DNA of 64,000 nt from assembly GCF_003019035.1 (NCBI RefSeq), contig NZ_CP027447.1. The stretch is one strand, 5' to 3'. Every line of letters starts with the position of its first letter. Within the stretch, counting starts at the first letter, position 1. The notes below the pieces were generated by a model that did not search any database, was not told where the DNA came from, and was given only the letters and a program-made list of their open reading frames with translations. Origin of the DNA: Escherichia coli (lineage in GTDB: Bacteria; Pseudomonadota; Gammaproteobacteria; Enterobacterales; Enterobacteriaceae). Shown here piece after piece: positions 22,508 to 34,247 of the stretch. Position numbers and translations under genes: made by a program.

Positions 22508-22765
22508 ATGATTATGGCGAAACTGAAGTCAGCGAAAGGGAAGAAATTTCTCTTTGGTTTGTTGGCGGTTTTCATTATTGCGGCGTCGGTTGTGACTCGC
22601 GCGACCATCGGCGGCGTTATAGAACAGTACAATATTCCGCTGTCTGAGTGGACGACATCAATGTATGTGATTCAGTCATCGATGATTTTTGTTTATAGCC
22701 TGGTCTTTACTGTGTTGCTGGCAATCCCGTTGGGAATTTATTTCCTTGGCGGCGAAGAGCAGTAA
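22508..22765 (+). CDS. ynaJ: DUF2534 small inner-membrane protein
   Basis: 85 aa, two TM helices; position between ynaI and uspE. Confidence 0.75.
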   Translation: MIMAKLKSAKGKKFLFGLLAVFIIAASVVTRATIGGVIEQYNIPLSEWTTSMYVIQSSMIFVYSLVFTVLLAIPLGIYFLGGEEQ

Positions 22766-22768
22766 GTA

Positions 22769-22800
22769 AAAAATAGGCCCGATAACTCGGGCCTTGTCAG
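22769..22800. terminator. bidirectional terminator between convergent ynaJ and uspE
   Basis: GGCCCGATAACTCGGGCC hairpin flanked by A-run upstream and T-rich tract downstream. Confidence 0.6.
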
Positions 22801-22814
22801 TTATTGAAGAGTCG

Positions 22815-23765
22815 TTAATCGTCTTCTTCGTCATCCAGTTCAACGGGTGTCTGATACTGGTCAGGTTTAATGACCAGCAGGTCGCAGCGAAGATGATCAA
22901 TCACCTGTTCCGCCGTGTTGCCAAGGAATGCTGCTGAAATACCGGTGCGTCCGACCGTGCCCAGAACCACAATCCCCGCCTGTAAGTGCTCCGCCAAATC
23001 AGGAATCACCTCTTCGGGCAGACCTTTTTCTACGTGCGTCATGTTTTCATTAATGCCGAATTTCTGCCGCAGGGCTTTCATTGCCAGCAAATGTTGCCCA
23101 CGAATGGCATCGTTATAAACGCTCGGATCAAATTCCGGCAGTTCAATCGCGATATTAATTGGCGTTACCGGATAAGCGCCAACCAGATGAACTTCGGTAT
23201 GGTTGACTTGTTCCGCCAGTTCGATCGTCTCTTTGACCAGTTTTTCATTGAGCGCATTATGGTACGGCTCTTCACTGGCGAGATTCACCGCCACCAGCGC
23301 CTTACCCCCTTCCGGCCACGGCTGGTCTTTCACCATCCACACCGGGCTTGGGCATTTGCGTAACAGATGCCAGTCCGTTGGCGTAAAAATCACCGCTTCC
23401 AGACGGTCATGTTGGTGCGCCATTTTTAGCACCAAATCGTGCCCGCCGCTGATCACTTCCTGAATGATGGCTTCGAAAGGACGGTTATGCCAGACCACTT
23501 TAATTTCAATGGGAACGCCAGCATTGAGATAATATTTTGCCTGCTCGTGGATCCAGGCTGTACGCTGGCTGATGACGCCCTGACGCATAGCGGTACGTTC
23601 GTCCGGAGAGAGCAGGGTGGTCATTTCGTATGAGAAGTCATAGATCGGCAAAAAGGCTTTAATTTTGCCACCAATCCGTTGATGTAAATAAACAGCTCGC
23701 CGCAATGCTGGTTGGTCGTCCTGGTTAGGATCGATAACAACGAGCATGTTCTGATACATAGCCAT
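22815..23765 (-). CDS. uspE: tandem-domain universal stress protein E
   Basis: 316 aa from [15 protein letters not shown]; two Usp domains. Confidence 0.9.
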   Translation of the reverse strand: MAMYQNMLVVIDPNQDDQPALRRAVYLHQRIGGKIKAFLPIYDFSYEMTTLLSPDERTAMRQGVISQRTAWIHEQAKYYLNAGVPIEIKVVWHNRPFEAIIQEVISGGHDLVLKMAHQHDRLEAVIFTPTDWHLLRKCPSPVWMVKDQPWPEGGKALVAVNLASEEPYHNALNEKLVKETIELAEQVNHTEVHLVGAYPVTPINIAIELPEFDPSVYNDAIRGQHLLAMKALRQKFGINENMTHVEKGLPEEVIPDLAEHLQAGIVVLGTVGRTGISAAFLGNTAEQVIDHLRCDLLVIKPDQYQTPVELDDEEDD

Positions 23766-23916
23766 ACAGGGTCTCCTTACAACAACTGTCAACGCAGTTT
23801 GTAATTAAAAGATTAACCCATATCTGGTGAATGAAACAGTGATGAACCTTCTGTCAGATCAATAAATCAGAAAAATTTAATGATATGACAGAAGGATAGT
23901 GAGTTATGCGGAAGAA

Positions 23917-24669
23917 TCAGGCAACGTTACGCGTGTGACCAGCAAGCTGGGCCAGCGCATCGTTATTTTCGATAGTGATGTATTTACCTTTGACTGCCAG
24001 CATACCGCTTTTCTGGAAGCGGCCCAGCAGACGGCTGATGGTTTCAACTGTCAGGCCCAGATAGTTACCGATATCACCACGAGTCATCGTCAGGCGGAAT
24101 TCACGAGGGGAGAAGCCGCGTTGGGCAAAACGACGGGACAGGTTGTAGATGAATGCAGCCAGACGTTCCTCGGCATTTTTCTTCGACAACAGCAGGATCA
24201 TGTCCTGATCGCCTTTGATTTCACCGCTCATCAGACGCATCATCTGCTGACGCAGATTCGGCATTTTACCGGACAAATCGTCCAGCGTTTCGAACGGGAT
24301 TTCACATACCATCGAGGTTTCCAGCGCCTGAGCGAAGCTCGGGTGATGACCGCTGCCGATAGCGTCAAATCCCACCAGGTCGCCTGCTAAATGGAAACCA
24401 GTGATTTGCTCGTCGCCTTGCTCAGTGATGGTATAACTTTTAATCGTACCGGAGCGGATGGCATAAAGCGATTTAAGTTCATCACCAGCCTTAAACAGCG
24501 TCTGGCCTTTCTGAATAGGCTTCTTTCGCTCAATGATATTATCAAGCTGATCAAGCTCATGTTCGTTGAGTGTGAACGGGATGCAAAGCTGGCTGATGCT
24601 GCAATCCTGGCAATGGATAGCACAACCGCCAGACTGAATGCGCCGTATAATTCGCTTTTCCGGGATCAT
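23917..24669 (-). CDS. fnr: FNR, oxygen-sensing [4Fe-4S] CRP-family global regulator
   Basis: 250 aa from [29 protein letters not shown] (Cys cluster); C-terminal HTH. Confidence 0.97.
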
Positions 24670-24688
24670 AGGTCTGCTCAAGCCGTAA

Positions 24689-24702
24689 TTGATATTTGTC
24701 AA
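24689..24702 (-). promoter_or_regulatory. FNR box at the fnr promoter (autoregulation)
   Basis: minus-strand TTGACAAATATCAA = TTGAT-N4-ATCAA consensus with one mismatch, about 20 bp upstream of fnr ATG. Confidence 0.6.
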
Positions 24703-24863
24703 TTTTAACATCTTTTTAGGGAGCAAGTAAGTCTAAGCAAACCTTAACAGCAGAGAATTCCGATATTAGATGTAAATATATGTCTATCTATTTGAAAACC
24801 CTTAAGTTGTTAAGGGTAACTTTACATAAAAGTGTGAACAAGCTGGCACAAATTGTTTAATGT

Positions 24864-25379
24864 TTACAGCAAAAGATAACCTTCGTGGCGTAATAACCAC
24901 TCTTTTCGCTGAACTCCGCCTGCATATCCGGTCATGGTACCGTTTCGGCCAATGACCCGATGACAAGGCACAACAATGCTGATGGGATTCGATCCATTTG
25001 CCGCACCTACGGCACGCGCCGCACCGGGGCGGCCCAATTGTTCAGCCAGTTGGCCGTAATGCATTACCTGCCCGCAGGGGATTGTGCGTAATGTTTTCCA
25101 GACTTCGCGCTGAAATGGCGTCCCCCCCGTGGCAGTGGGAAGCGTATCAATAATGCTAAGATTACCGGCAAAATATTCACGAAGCTTGTCACTTAAACCA
25201 CCTGGGTTGGTGGCAGAAATGCGTTCATAGCCTTCCTTGCGGTAATGGATGTCCAGCAGCTGCACCATGCGTTCGCTGTACTCTTCCCATTCAACCGCCC
25301 GCAGGCGAAATTGCTCATCGCAAATCACCCACAGTGGACCCAGTGGCGTGACAATTTTTTCTTCAAGTAATCTCAGCAT
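24864..25379 (-). CDS. ogt: O6-methylguanine-DNA methyltransferase
   Basis: 171 aa; active site PCHRVIG. Confidence 0.95.
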   Translation of the reverse strand: MLRLLEEKIVTPLGPLWVICDEQFRLRAVEWEEYSERMVQLLDIHYRKEGYERISATNPGGLSDKLREYFAGNLSIIDTLPTATGGTPFQREVWKTLRTIPCGQVMHYGQLAEQLGRPGAARAVGAANGSNPISIVVPCHRVIGRNGTMTGYAGGVQRKEWLLRHEGYLLL

Positions 25380-25389
25380 CCGTTCTCTC

Positions 25390-26916
25390 TTAAGACAAAC
25401 GTGGGTAAATCCCCGGACCTATCGGCAGACCGACAAGATACCACGCCAGCAACATCAGCAGCCATACCACCAAAAAGATAAGTGGATAGGGCAAAACTAA
25501 CGAATAGTAAGTACCCAGTTTCGCGTCTGGTTTGTAACGTTGCAGGAATCCAAGAAACAGTGGAACAAAAGGAGATACCGGCGCTAAAGGCAATACGGAT
25601 GAGTCGGCAATACGAAAGAGGATTTGCGCAAATGCCGGGTGAAAGCCAAGTAGCATAAACATTGGTACGAAAATGGGGGCCAGAATCGACCAGATTGCGG
25701 AACCGCTGGCGATAAACATGCATAAGAAAGAGGAAAGCAACGCCAGACCGACAAACGCCGGGATGCCGCTAAGCCCTGAACTTTCCAGTATATCGGTCAG
25801 CCCCACGGCGATGAATTTCCCCATGTTGCTCCAGTTAAACATGGCGACAAACTGGGCGAGGGGAAAAACCATCACGATAAATCCCGCCATCTCTTTCATC
25901 GGTTCAATCATTAAATGCGGTAAATCCGCCTGACGTCGAATTGTGCGGGTAGCGATGCCATAAGCCAGCGAGACCACAAAGAAAAAAAGAATGATCAGTG
26001 GCACGATACCTTTAATAAAGGGGGATGGCATCACGGTGTGATTAATCGGATCGCGCAATATCCCGTTTTCCGGGATCACCATCAGCGTAATCGCAGCAAT
26101 AAAAAGTAGCGATACGACACCTGCTATGCGTAAACCAAAACGCTGACTTTCGGTCAATGTCTGCAGTTTCTCATCGCTGTTTCCCTGCCATTGACCTAAA
26201 CGTGGCTCAATGATTTTGTCGGTTATCAGGCCGCCAACAATCGTCAGTACGACTACGGAGCTGGCCATAAAATACCAGTTATCAATTACACTGACGTGCA
26301 TTTGCGGATTGAACGCAGCCGCAGCCTCCGTGCTGATCCCCGACAGCAACACGTCGGTTGTGACAATCAGTAAATTAGCCGTAAAGCCGCAACCTACGCC
26401 TGCAATGGCGGCAAGTAAACCTGCAACTGGATGCCTGCCCACCGCCAGAAAAATTAGCGCACCCATCGGTGGCATGATCACTAACGCCGCATCGGAAGAA
26501 ATGTGGCTGAAAAAAGCAATAAACAGCACCATATAACTGGCGTAGCGGGCATTCACATGCGATGCCATTTTAACCATCAACGCTGGCAGTAAGCCGACGC
26601 GCTCCGCCAGACCGGCACCTAAAACCAGCGCCAGGATCGCGCCAAGTGGAGCAAAACCGCTAAAGTTTTTAATAACATTGGGTAAAAACCAGTGTAATCC
26701 TTCCACACTGAGCAGGTTTTTCACCACCACCGGCGTACCATCGGTCGGGTTTTTCGCACTGACGCCAAAGGCTGACAAAATTGCCGTCGTCACCATGAGT
26801 ACGATAATCAAATAGATAAAGAGCAAAAAAGGATGGGGAACCTTGTTACCAATTCTTTCGACCCAGCCATAGAGCTTCCCGGATTGGGAGGACGACGGTA
26901 TGGATGACATACTCAT
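25390..26916 (-). CDS. abgT: p-aminobenzoyl-glutamate transporter (AbgT family)
   Basis: 508 aa from [14 protein letters not shown]; multi-TM. Confidence 0.9.
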   Translation of the reverse strand: MSMSSIPSSSQSGKLYGWVERIGNKVPHPFLLFIYLIIVLMVTTAILSAFGVSAKNPTDGTPVVVKNLLSVEGLHWFLPNVIKNFSGFAPLGAILALVLGAGLAERVGLLPALMVKMASHVNARYASYMVLFIAFFSHISSDAALVIMPPMGALIFLAVGRHPVAGLLAAIAGVGCGFTANLLIVTTDVLLSGISTEAAAAFNPQMHVSVIDNWYFMASSVVVLTIVGGLITDKIIEPRLGQWQGNSDEKLQTLTESQRFGLRIAGVVSLLFIAAITLMVIPENGILRDPINHTVMPSPFIKGIVPLIILFFFVVSLAYGIATRTIRRQADLPHLMIEPMKEMAGFIVMVFPLAQFVAMFNWSNMGKFIAVGLTDILESSGLSGIPAFVGLALLSSFLCMFIASGSAIWSILAPIFVPMFMLLGFHPAFAQILFRIADSSVLPLAPVSPFVPLFLGFLQRYKPDAKLGTYYSLVLPYPLIFLVVWLLMLLAWYLVGLPIGPGIYPRLS

Positions 26917-26952
26917 GGGCATTCCTCGTTTGTTGTGTTTGCGTTGTTGTTG

Positions 26953-28398
26953 TTATTTTAAAGGTGACGGTGTCACGTTTTTCGGGATAGGGCAGTGATA
27001 CGGTTGCGTGTCCGTAACTTGCTGATGCTCTTGTTGGCATTCTTGCAATAGCCCTGAATCAATGAAGAGATTAAGTGTGGTTGCTGCCATAGTTTTCGCC
27101 GCCAGCAGCATTCCTTTATGAGCAATAGATGTTCGCCCCTGGCTAACCAGTTGCCACGTATGTAGCGGGGTACCGACGGCAAAACAGGGGCTGAAACACT
27201 GGGCAACAGGCAGTTTCCAACTGACGTCGCCGACATCAGTCGATGCCGCAAGCACGTTATCGGTGGCGGCATATGGAGCGACTTCATTCGCCAGTACCGT
27301 TTCACGATGACGTAGTGCAAAAGCCTTGCCGTTTTCGCCACCGGTTGCGGCGATATTATTCAGACTGTTTTGCCGATCGTTGGGGGTGAGCGTAGCCTGA
27401 ATTTGTTTCGCAAAAGCCAGTTCTTCGGAGTTCCATTCCGGGGTAGCAAAATGGGATAGGGCTCGGTACATGGCATTTTCTAAGGTGCGATTCGGGAGAT
27501 AACTGGAACAGGCTTTGTCGAAGCGGCATTCAACCGTGGTTTCGGTCATCAATGCCGCACCTTCGGCGATTTTGGCGACCCGATCATAAATATGCTGCAC
27601 ATCGGTCATTTCGGGGGCGCGGATAAGATAAAGCACTTCTGCCTGCGCCTGGACCTCGTTGGGCGAGATCCCGCCGCTATCTGTGATGGCATAGTGTACG
27701 CGCGCTTTTTCAATAATATGTTCGTTGAGGAAGTTGGTGCCAGTGGTCATCAACGTTACGGCATCAAGGGCGCTGCGTCCCAAATGAGGGGAATTCGCGG
27801 CATGTGCTGCGATCCCTTTAAAGCGCCATGATGCCTGAATGTTTGCCAGCGTGCGGGTATTGAACATACCGGCAAAGGCTTCCGGGTGCCATGTGAGTGC
27901 CGCATCCACATCATCAAATACCCCCTCGCGGACCATGAACGTTTTACCCGAGCCGCCTTCTTCGCCAGGACAACCATAAAAGCGCACTGTGCCGCCTTGC
28001 CCATATTGTTCCAGCCATTTCTTGACGGCTATTGCAGCGGCAAAGGCGGCAGTTCCCAGCAAATTGTGTCCGCAACCGTGACCATTTTCACCGGGCGTCG
28101 CGGATGTAGGTTGCGCGCAACCTGCTTGCTGACTTAAACCTGCCAGGGCGTCATATTCCCCCAGCAGGGCGATAACCGGTTTGCCTTGACCAAACGAAGC
28201 AATAAAGGCATTTGGGATATTGCCTACGTTGCGGGTAACGGTGAAGCCTGCAGACTCCAGCGCCGAAGCCAGATGCTCCGCTGACCAGAACTCTTCAAAA
28301 CGTGTTTCTGGATGATCCCAGATTTGATCGGCAATATCGGTATAACGTTGGCGATCGGCTTCAATCGCATCGTCGATAAAACGATAGATTTCCTGCAT
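26953..28398 (-). CDS. abgB: p-aminobenzoyl-glutamate hydrolase subunit B (M20 peptidase family)
   Basis: 481 aa; M20 metal-binding region GCPGEEGGSGK...; start ATG shares nucleotides with the upstream ORF stop (ATGA at 28398). Confidence 0.9.
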   Translation of the reverse strand: MQEIYRFIDDAIEADRQRYTDIADQIWDHPETRFEEFWSAEHLASALESAGFTVTRNVGNIPNAFIASFGQGKPVIALLGEYDALAGLSQQAGCAQPTSATPGENGHGCGHNLLGTAAFAAAIAVKKWLEQYGQGGTVRFYGCPGEEGGSGKTFMVREGVFDDVDAALTWHPEAFAGMFNTRTLANIQASWRFKGIAAHAANSPHLGRSALDAVTLMTTGTNFLNEHIIEKARVHYAITDSGGISPNEVQAQAEVLYLIRAPEMTDVQHIYDRVAKIAEGAALMTETTVECRFDKACSSYLPNRTLENAMYRALSHFATPEWNSEELAFAKQIQATLTPNDRQNSLNNIAATGGENGKAFALRHRETVLANEVAPYAATDNVLAASTDVGDVSWKLPVAQCFSPCFAVGTPLHTWQLVSQGRTSIAHKGMLLAAKTMAATTLNLFIDSGLLQECQQEHQQVTDTQPYHCPIPKNVTPSPLK

Positions 28399-29301
28399 CA
28401 GATACCTCGCGTCCAGGGAAAATTGAGCGCGGTGCGCGCCAGCGTTTCGACGGCAATAGCGAGAACCTGCTCGTCAAAATCGAATTTTTCATTGTGATGA
28501 CCTGCCGCCAGCTGTGTGCCAAATACCATGTAGGAGGCTTGCCCTTGATGTCGCTGCACGCGGGCCATCATTAATGTGGCATCTTCGGAACCCGCAGGCG
28601 CTTCAACACGTTCAATGGCCTGATTGACCCCCGCGACCTGAGCCGCCTGGATTTGCAACCATGCGACCCATTGCGGCGAAGGAGAACTGGCGGTAGCTGC
28701 ACCCATCAGACGAGTTTCAACGCCGACACCATACATGGTTGCTGCGCCCTGAATCGCTTGTTGTGCACGGTCAAAAACATATTGATTAATGACGTCGCTG
28801 GCCCCGCGTGTTTCCACTTTCAGCAACGCTGAGGCGGGAACAACATTACGACCGCTTCCTGCCTGCATAACGCCCACGTTTACTCTGGAAGCGCCTTCGC
28901 TGTGCGGGGCGATGGCTGACATCCTGCTCTTCACTGAAATCCAGCGCGTCCATATCGACACGGAAAGCCATCACCGGACCGGGGCGACCGGTATCCAGGG
29001 TAGCGACGATGCCAGTGAAACCGCCTTCAAAAGCCGCAATCCATTGTTCTAGCGCCCCCTGTTGACGAGCGCGCTCGAATTCGCGTTGTAGAGTGAATTC
29101 ATCAGGTAATCCCATCCGGCTACTTTCATTAACGACTTCGCGGCCCAGCGCCAGTGAATAACCGAGCTGGTGCAATTCTTCCGCAACAACGGTGGCAGTG
29201 CGGAATTCCACCCAGCCAGACTCTGCATAGTGGTGAAAATCACGTCGCCAGTACGATAATTTTGGGGCAAGCGAATTAATAAATTGATTCAAAGACTCCA
29301 T
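28398..29301 (-). pseudogene. abgA: abgA (M20D amidohydrolase subunit A) disrupted by internal deletion and frameshift
   Basis: N-terminal 5' part (MESLNQFINSLAPKL...DMDALDFSEEQDVSH) and C-terminal part (AIAPHSEGASRVNVGVMQAGSGRNVVP...FPWTRGI) lie in different frames; the central metal-binding segment expected for M20D enzymes is absent; total span 904 bp versus about 1.3 kb expected. Confidence 0.75.
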
Positions 29302-29476
29302 AACCTTTCCCGTCATCAGTAAAAAGTGTGACCCGGTTCACGTAGCGATAGTTTTTACTTATCACTAACTGATTTTTCACAGTTTTAACCGTTCATAAAT
29401 TACCCTGACACAATCATCTGCATTAAAGTAGATGCCAGTTTCTTTGGTCTGATAAATAACGGTTATCGGTGGCGTC

Positions 29477-30385
29477 ATGGCTTTTCAGGTAAAAATTCAT
29501 CAAATTCGGGCTTTTGTTGAAGTGGCTCGTCAGGGCAGCATTCGCGGAGCGAGCCGAATGTTGAATATGTCGCAACCGGCACTGAGTCAATCTATTCAGG
29601 AACTGGAAGAAGGGTTGGCGGCACAACTCTTTTTTCGCCGTAGTAAAGGCGTGACGTTAACTGATGCCGGTGAAAGTTTTTATCAGCACGCCAGTCTTAT
29701 TCTTGAAGAGCTGCGCGCAGCGCAAGAGGATATTCGCCAACGACAAGGGCAACTGGCAGGGCAAATTAATATCGGCATGGGGGCCAGTATTTCCCGCAGT
29801 CTGATGCCAGCTGTCATATCTCGTTTTCATCAGCAGCATCCGCAGGTAAAAGTACGCATTATGGAAGGGCAACTGGTGTCGATGATTAATGAATTGCGCC
29901 AGAGAGAACTGGATTTCACCATCAATACCTATTATCAGGGACCCTACGACCACGAATTTACTTTTGAGAAATTACTGGAAAAGCAATTCGCGATCTTTTG
30001 CCGCCCGGGACATCCCGCCATTGGTGCCCGTTCGATCAAACAGTTACTGGACTACAGCTGGACAATGCCGACGCCACACGGCAGCTACTACAAACAGTTG
30101 AGTGAATTGCTTGACGATCAGGCGCAAACGCCACAGGTCGGCGTAGTCTGCGAGACGTTCTCAGCCTGTATCAGTCTGGTGGCAAAAAGCGATTTTCTCA
30201 GCATACTACCTGAAGAAATGGGCTGCGATCCCTTGCACGGACAGGGGCTGGTGATGTTGCCGGTTAGCGAAATTTTACCGAAAGCGACCTATTATTTGAT
30301 TCAGCGGCGTGATAGTCGCCAGACACCACTGACCGCGTCATTAATCACGCAATTTCGGCGAGAATGCGGCTATCTGCAAAGTTAA
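29477..30385 (+). CDS. abgR: LysR-type transcriptional regulator of the abg operon
   Basis: 302 aa; N-terminal LysR HTH (SIRGASRMLNMSQPALSQSIQELE); divergent from abgA. Confidence 0.9.
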   Translation: MAFQVKIHQIRAFVEVARQGSIRGASRMLNMSQPALSQSIQELEEGLAAQLFFRRSKGVTLTDAGESFYQHASLILEELRAAQEDIRQRQGQLAGQINIGMGASISRSLMPAVISRFHQQHPQVKVRIMEGQLVSMINELRQRELDFTINTYYQGPYDHEFTFEKLLEKQFAIFCRPGHPAIGARSIKQLLDYSWTMPTPHGSYYKQLSELLDDQAQTPQVGVVCETFSACISLVAKSDFLSILPEEMGCDPLHGQGLVMLPVSEILPKATYYLIQRRDSRQTPLTASLITQFRRECGYLQS

Positions 30386-30393
30386 AACTGCAT

Positions 30394-30488
30394 AAAAAAA
30401 ATAGAGTCTGTCGACATCCGCCAGACTCTACAGTACACACAGCAGTGCATCCGCGTCTTAAATCCGGCATGGTCTCCTCTGCGCCGGT
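30394..30488 (-). ncRNA. mcaS: McaS (IsrA) small regulatory RNA
   Basis: minus-strand sequence ACCGGCGCAGAGGAGACAATGCCGGATTTAAGACGCGGATGCACTGCTGTGTGTACTGTAGAGTCTGGCGGATGTCGACAGACTCTATTTTTTTT recognised, ending in hairpin + U-run. Confidence 0.85.
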
Positions 30489-30715
30489 GACTGTGTTATA
30501 ACGGTTTTAACCTTTAGTTGCCAATTTTCTTCAGTGACAGATTTCACGAAAATATAAGTTACATTATTAATATAGTGAATGAATAATCATGCATAAGCAT
30601 TTTGCTTAAAATATCGGCAACATTTGGAACTTATTACTGGAAATTTGGGTAATACGTTGTTGGACCAGCCCGGTCTGGTTATCATATCGCGCTCTTAATT
30701 GCGGGAGGATGTAAC

Positions 30716-31279
30716 ATGAACCTTGACGACAAATCGCTGTTTCTTGACGCCATGGAAGATGTCCAGCCGCTGAAACGTGCTACAGATGTCCACTGGCATC
30801 CAACGCGTAACCAACGTGCGCCGCAGCGTATCGACACGCTGCAACTTGATAATTTCCTCACCACTGGATTTCTCGACATCATCCCGCTAACTCAGCCGCT
30901 GGAGTTTCGGCGGGAAGGGTTGCAACATGGGGTGCTGGATAAGCTGCGCAGTGGTAAATACCCGCAACAGGCGAGCCTGAATCTTTTGCGCCAGCCGGTG
31001 GAAGAGTGCCGCAAAATGGTGTTCAGTTTCATTCAACAAGCCCTGGCGGATGGTTTGCGTAATGTGCTGATTATTCATGGTAAAGGGCGGGAAGATAAAT
31101 CGCATGCCAATATTGTCCGCAGCTATGTGGCGCGCTGGTTGACCGAATTTGATGATGTCCAAGCATATTGTACCGCGCTACCGCATCATGGCGGCAGCGG
31201 GGCGTGTTACGTCGCACTACGTAAAACGGCACAGGCAAAGCAAGAAAACTGGGAGCGCCACGCTAAGCGCAGTCGTTGA
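30716..31279 (+). CDS. smrA: Smr-domain DNA endonuclease
   Basis: 187 aa; Smr domain (LIIHGKGRE...). Confidence 0.8.
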   Translation: MNLDDKSLFLDAMEDVQPLKRATDVHWHPTRNQRAPQRIDTLQLDNFLTTGFLDIIPLTQPLEFRREGLQHGVLDKLRSGKYPQQASLNLLRQPVEECRKMVFSFIQQALADGLRNVLIIHGKGREDKSHANIVRSYVARWLTEFDDVQAYCTALPHHGGSGACYVALRKTAQAKQENWERHAKRSR

Positions 31280-31299
31280 TCTCGAGACGCATCCGCGGC

Positions 31300-32532
31300 T
31301 TATGCCGCCAGCACGCGGTTGCGTCCATCATTTTTCGCCCGATACAAAGCATCATCAACGCGTTTAAACAGCTCATCGATGCTTTCATTTCCTTCGTGAT
31401 GCGCCACACCAATGCTGACGGTAAAGCGTGGTAAGCCCGAAATACTCACTTTTGCCACGCTTACGCGGATAGTTTCAGCCAGCGAAAGCGCGGTATCCAG
31501 TGGGGTTCTTGGTAGCAATAAGACAAACTCTTCGCCTCCCCAACGAAACACCAAATCGCCTTTGCGAGCGCAACTTTCGAGGGTGCGGGCGAGGGCGCAT
31601 AACACCTCATCACCTTTAGAATGCCCATAGAGATCGTTAATGTGTTTAAAACGATCGGTGTCGATGAGCAACAAGCTGTAATCCTGAGCGATGGCGAGGT
31701 GCTGCATTTGGCCTGGCTCGGTAATGTGATAAAACTGTCGCCGATTCAGTAATCCGGTCATCGCGTCATGGTGGGCAGCATGTTCCAGCTGCTCCTCCAG
31801 CCGTTTTTGCTCAGTAATATCATGCACAATACATAACATGAGCTTGTCGCCATAAATTTCAATCGGACCGGCATAGGTCTGCACATGACGAGTCGAACCA
31901 TCCGCCAGTTTATGAACAAAATTCAAAGGCTTATGGCCACCGGGTAAATGCGAAATTTCATGCATGATAGGCATGACGCGTCGCCCGAGCATATTTATTT
32001 CCCAGGTATGTTTCTGGCACATCGTTTCATGGTTATAGCCATAGAAATTGAGCGCGGCGAGGTTAGCATCAACGATTTGGCCATCTCGTGAGGGGTCAAT
32101 CAACAACATTGGTGCAGAGTTAGTCAGAAAAAAGCGCGCATAAAAACCTTGTTTTTTGCGCTGATAATTTGCCGAGCGACTGGCTTTTAAACCCAGCGTT
32201 GCCGGTGCTTCGATACCTTCGAAAATAATCACCGGTTCTGCTTCTGTCAGCTTTCGCAAAACAAGCCGACAGCTCAATGCTGTTTCCTCTTCATTGCGCT
32301 GAACGGTGAGGATTTCGATAATATCGTGTTGGTTTTGCAGATCGGAGAGGTATTTCGGCAGTTCTTTTTGTGAGGAGACGGAATAGGGACCGGTTCGTAG
32401 TTGACTAAACGTGAGGTTTTGCATCAACAGTCGCGCCGCGCTATTGGCATAAATTAACTGTTCCTCAAAGGGCGAAACGATCCAGACAGGACTGGTGAGT
32501 AAGTCCAGGGTATTGAAGTTGTGCGTAATCAT
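31300..32532 (-). CDS. dgcM: diguanylate cyclase (PAS-PAS-GGDEF)
   Basis: 410 aa from MITHNFNTLDLL; GGEEF active-site motif (RWGGEEFVLLL). Confidence 0.9.
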   Translation of the reverse strand: MITHNFNTLDLLTSPVWIVSPFEEQLIYANSAARLLMQNLTFSQLRTGPYSVSSQKELPKYLSDLQNQHDIIEILTVQRNEEETALSCRLVLRKLTEAEPVIIFEGIEAPATLGLKASRSANYQRKKQGFYARFFLTNSAPMLLIDPSRDGQIVDANLAALNFYGYNHETMCQKHTWEINMLGRRVMPIMHEISHLPGGHKPLNFVHKLADGSTRHVQTYAGPIEIYGDKLMLCIVHDITEQKRLEEQLEHAAHHDAMTGLLNRRQFYHITEPGQMQHLAIAQDYSLLLIDTDRFKHINDLYGHSKGDEVLCALARTLESCARKGDLVFRWGGEEFVLLLPRTPLDTALSLAETIRVSVAKVSISGLPRFTVSIGVAHHEGNESIDELFKRVDDALYRAKNDGRNRVLAA

Positions 32533-32765
32533 TGAGATCCCGTTATTTTTATCAATTTTTGTTGCTATCCGATCGCAAAAAAGCCACGTCATATGATCAG
32601 ATAATTCTGATAATGATAGACGCTATTTAACACTTCACACGGTTTGTATATGGAAAAGCATTTTGCTTTTTGTATTCAATTTAGACAGAATTTTATTAAT
32701 CATTTCAGGGTAATGGGGTGATGAGATGTTGCGTAACAGGGCCAGAAGGCTAGACTACAAAATAA

Positions 32766-33770
<1,005 letters not shown>

Positions 33771-33816
33771 CAAAAGCAATTTCTCCGGGATTCTGTATAC
33801 AAAAACGCCGTAAAGT

Positions 33817-33830
33817 TTGAGCGAAGTCAA
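33817..33830 (+). promoter_or_regulatory. FNR box of the fnrS promoter
   Basis: TTGAGCGAAGTCAA (TTGAT-N4-ATCAA-like) centred about 42 bp upstream of the FnrS 5' end (class II position). Confidence 0.65.
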
Positions 33831-33865
33831 TAAACTCCCTACCTATTCAGGGCAATATCTCTCTC

Positions 33866-33987
33866 GCAGGTGAATGCAACGTCAAGCGATGGGCGTTGCG
33901 CTCCATATTGTCTTACTTCCTTTTTTGAATTACTGCATAGCACAATTGATTCGTACGACGCCGACTTTGATGAGTCGGCTTTTTTTT
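33866..33987 (+). ncRNA. fnrS: FnrS small regulatory RNA
   Basis: GCAGGTGAATGCAACGTCAAGCGATGGGCG...GCCGACTTTGATGAGTCGGCTTTTTTT recognised; terminal hairpin + T7 run. Confidence 0.85.
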
Positions 33988-34044
33988 GCCTGTTATTTAT
34001 CAGCGTCTACCCTTTAAGAGTCCACCCAATGACCGGAGGGAAAT

Positions 34045-34218
34045 ATGACGACACTTATTTATTTGCAAATTCCTGTCCCTGAACCGATTCCTGGCGATCC
34101 TGTTCCAGTGCCCGATCCGATCCCTCGCCCGCAACCCATGCCTGACCCACCACCCGATGAAGAACCGATTAAATTGTCGCATCGTGAGCGTAGATCTGCG
34201 AGGATACGCGCCTGCTAA
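34045..34218 (+). CDS. unannotated 57-aa proline-rich small ORF (hypothetical)
   Basis: ATG preceded by GGAGGG SD at 5-nt spacing; MTTLIYLQIPVPEPIPGDPVPVPDPIPRPQPMPDPPPDEEPIKLSHRERRSARIRAC; below the 60-aa cut-off of the ORF track. Confidence 0.4.
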   Translation: MTTLIYLQIPVPEPIPGDPVPVPDPIPRPQPMPDPPPDEEPIKLSHRERRSARIRAC

Positions 34219-34247
34219 CTTTGCGTCGATGACCACGAGAATAGATT

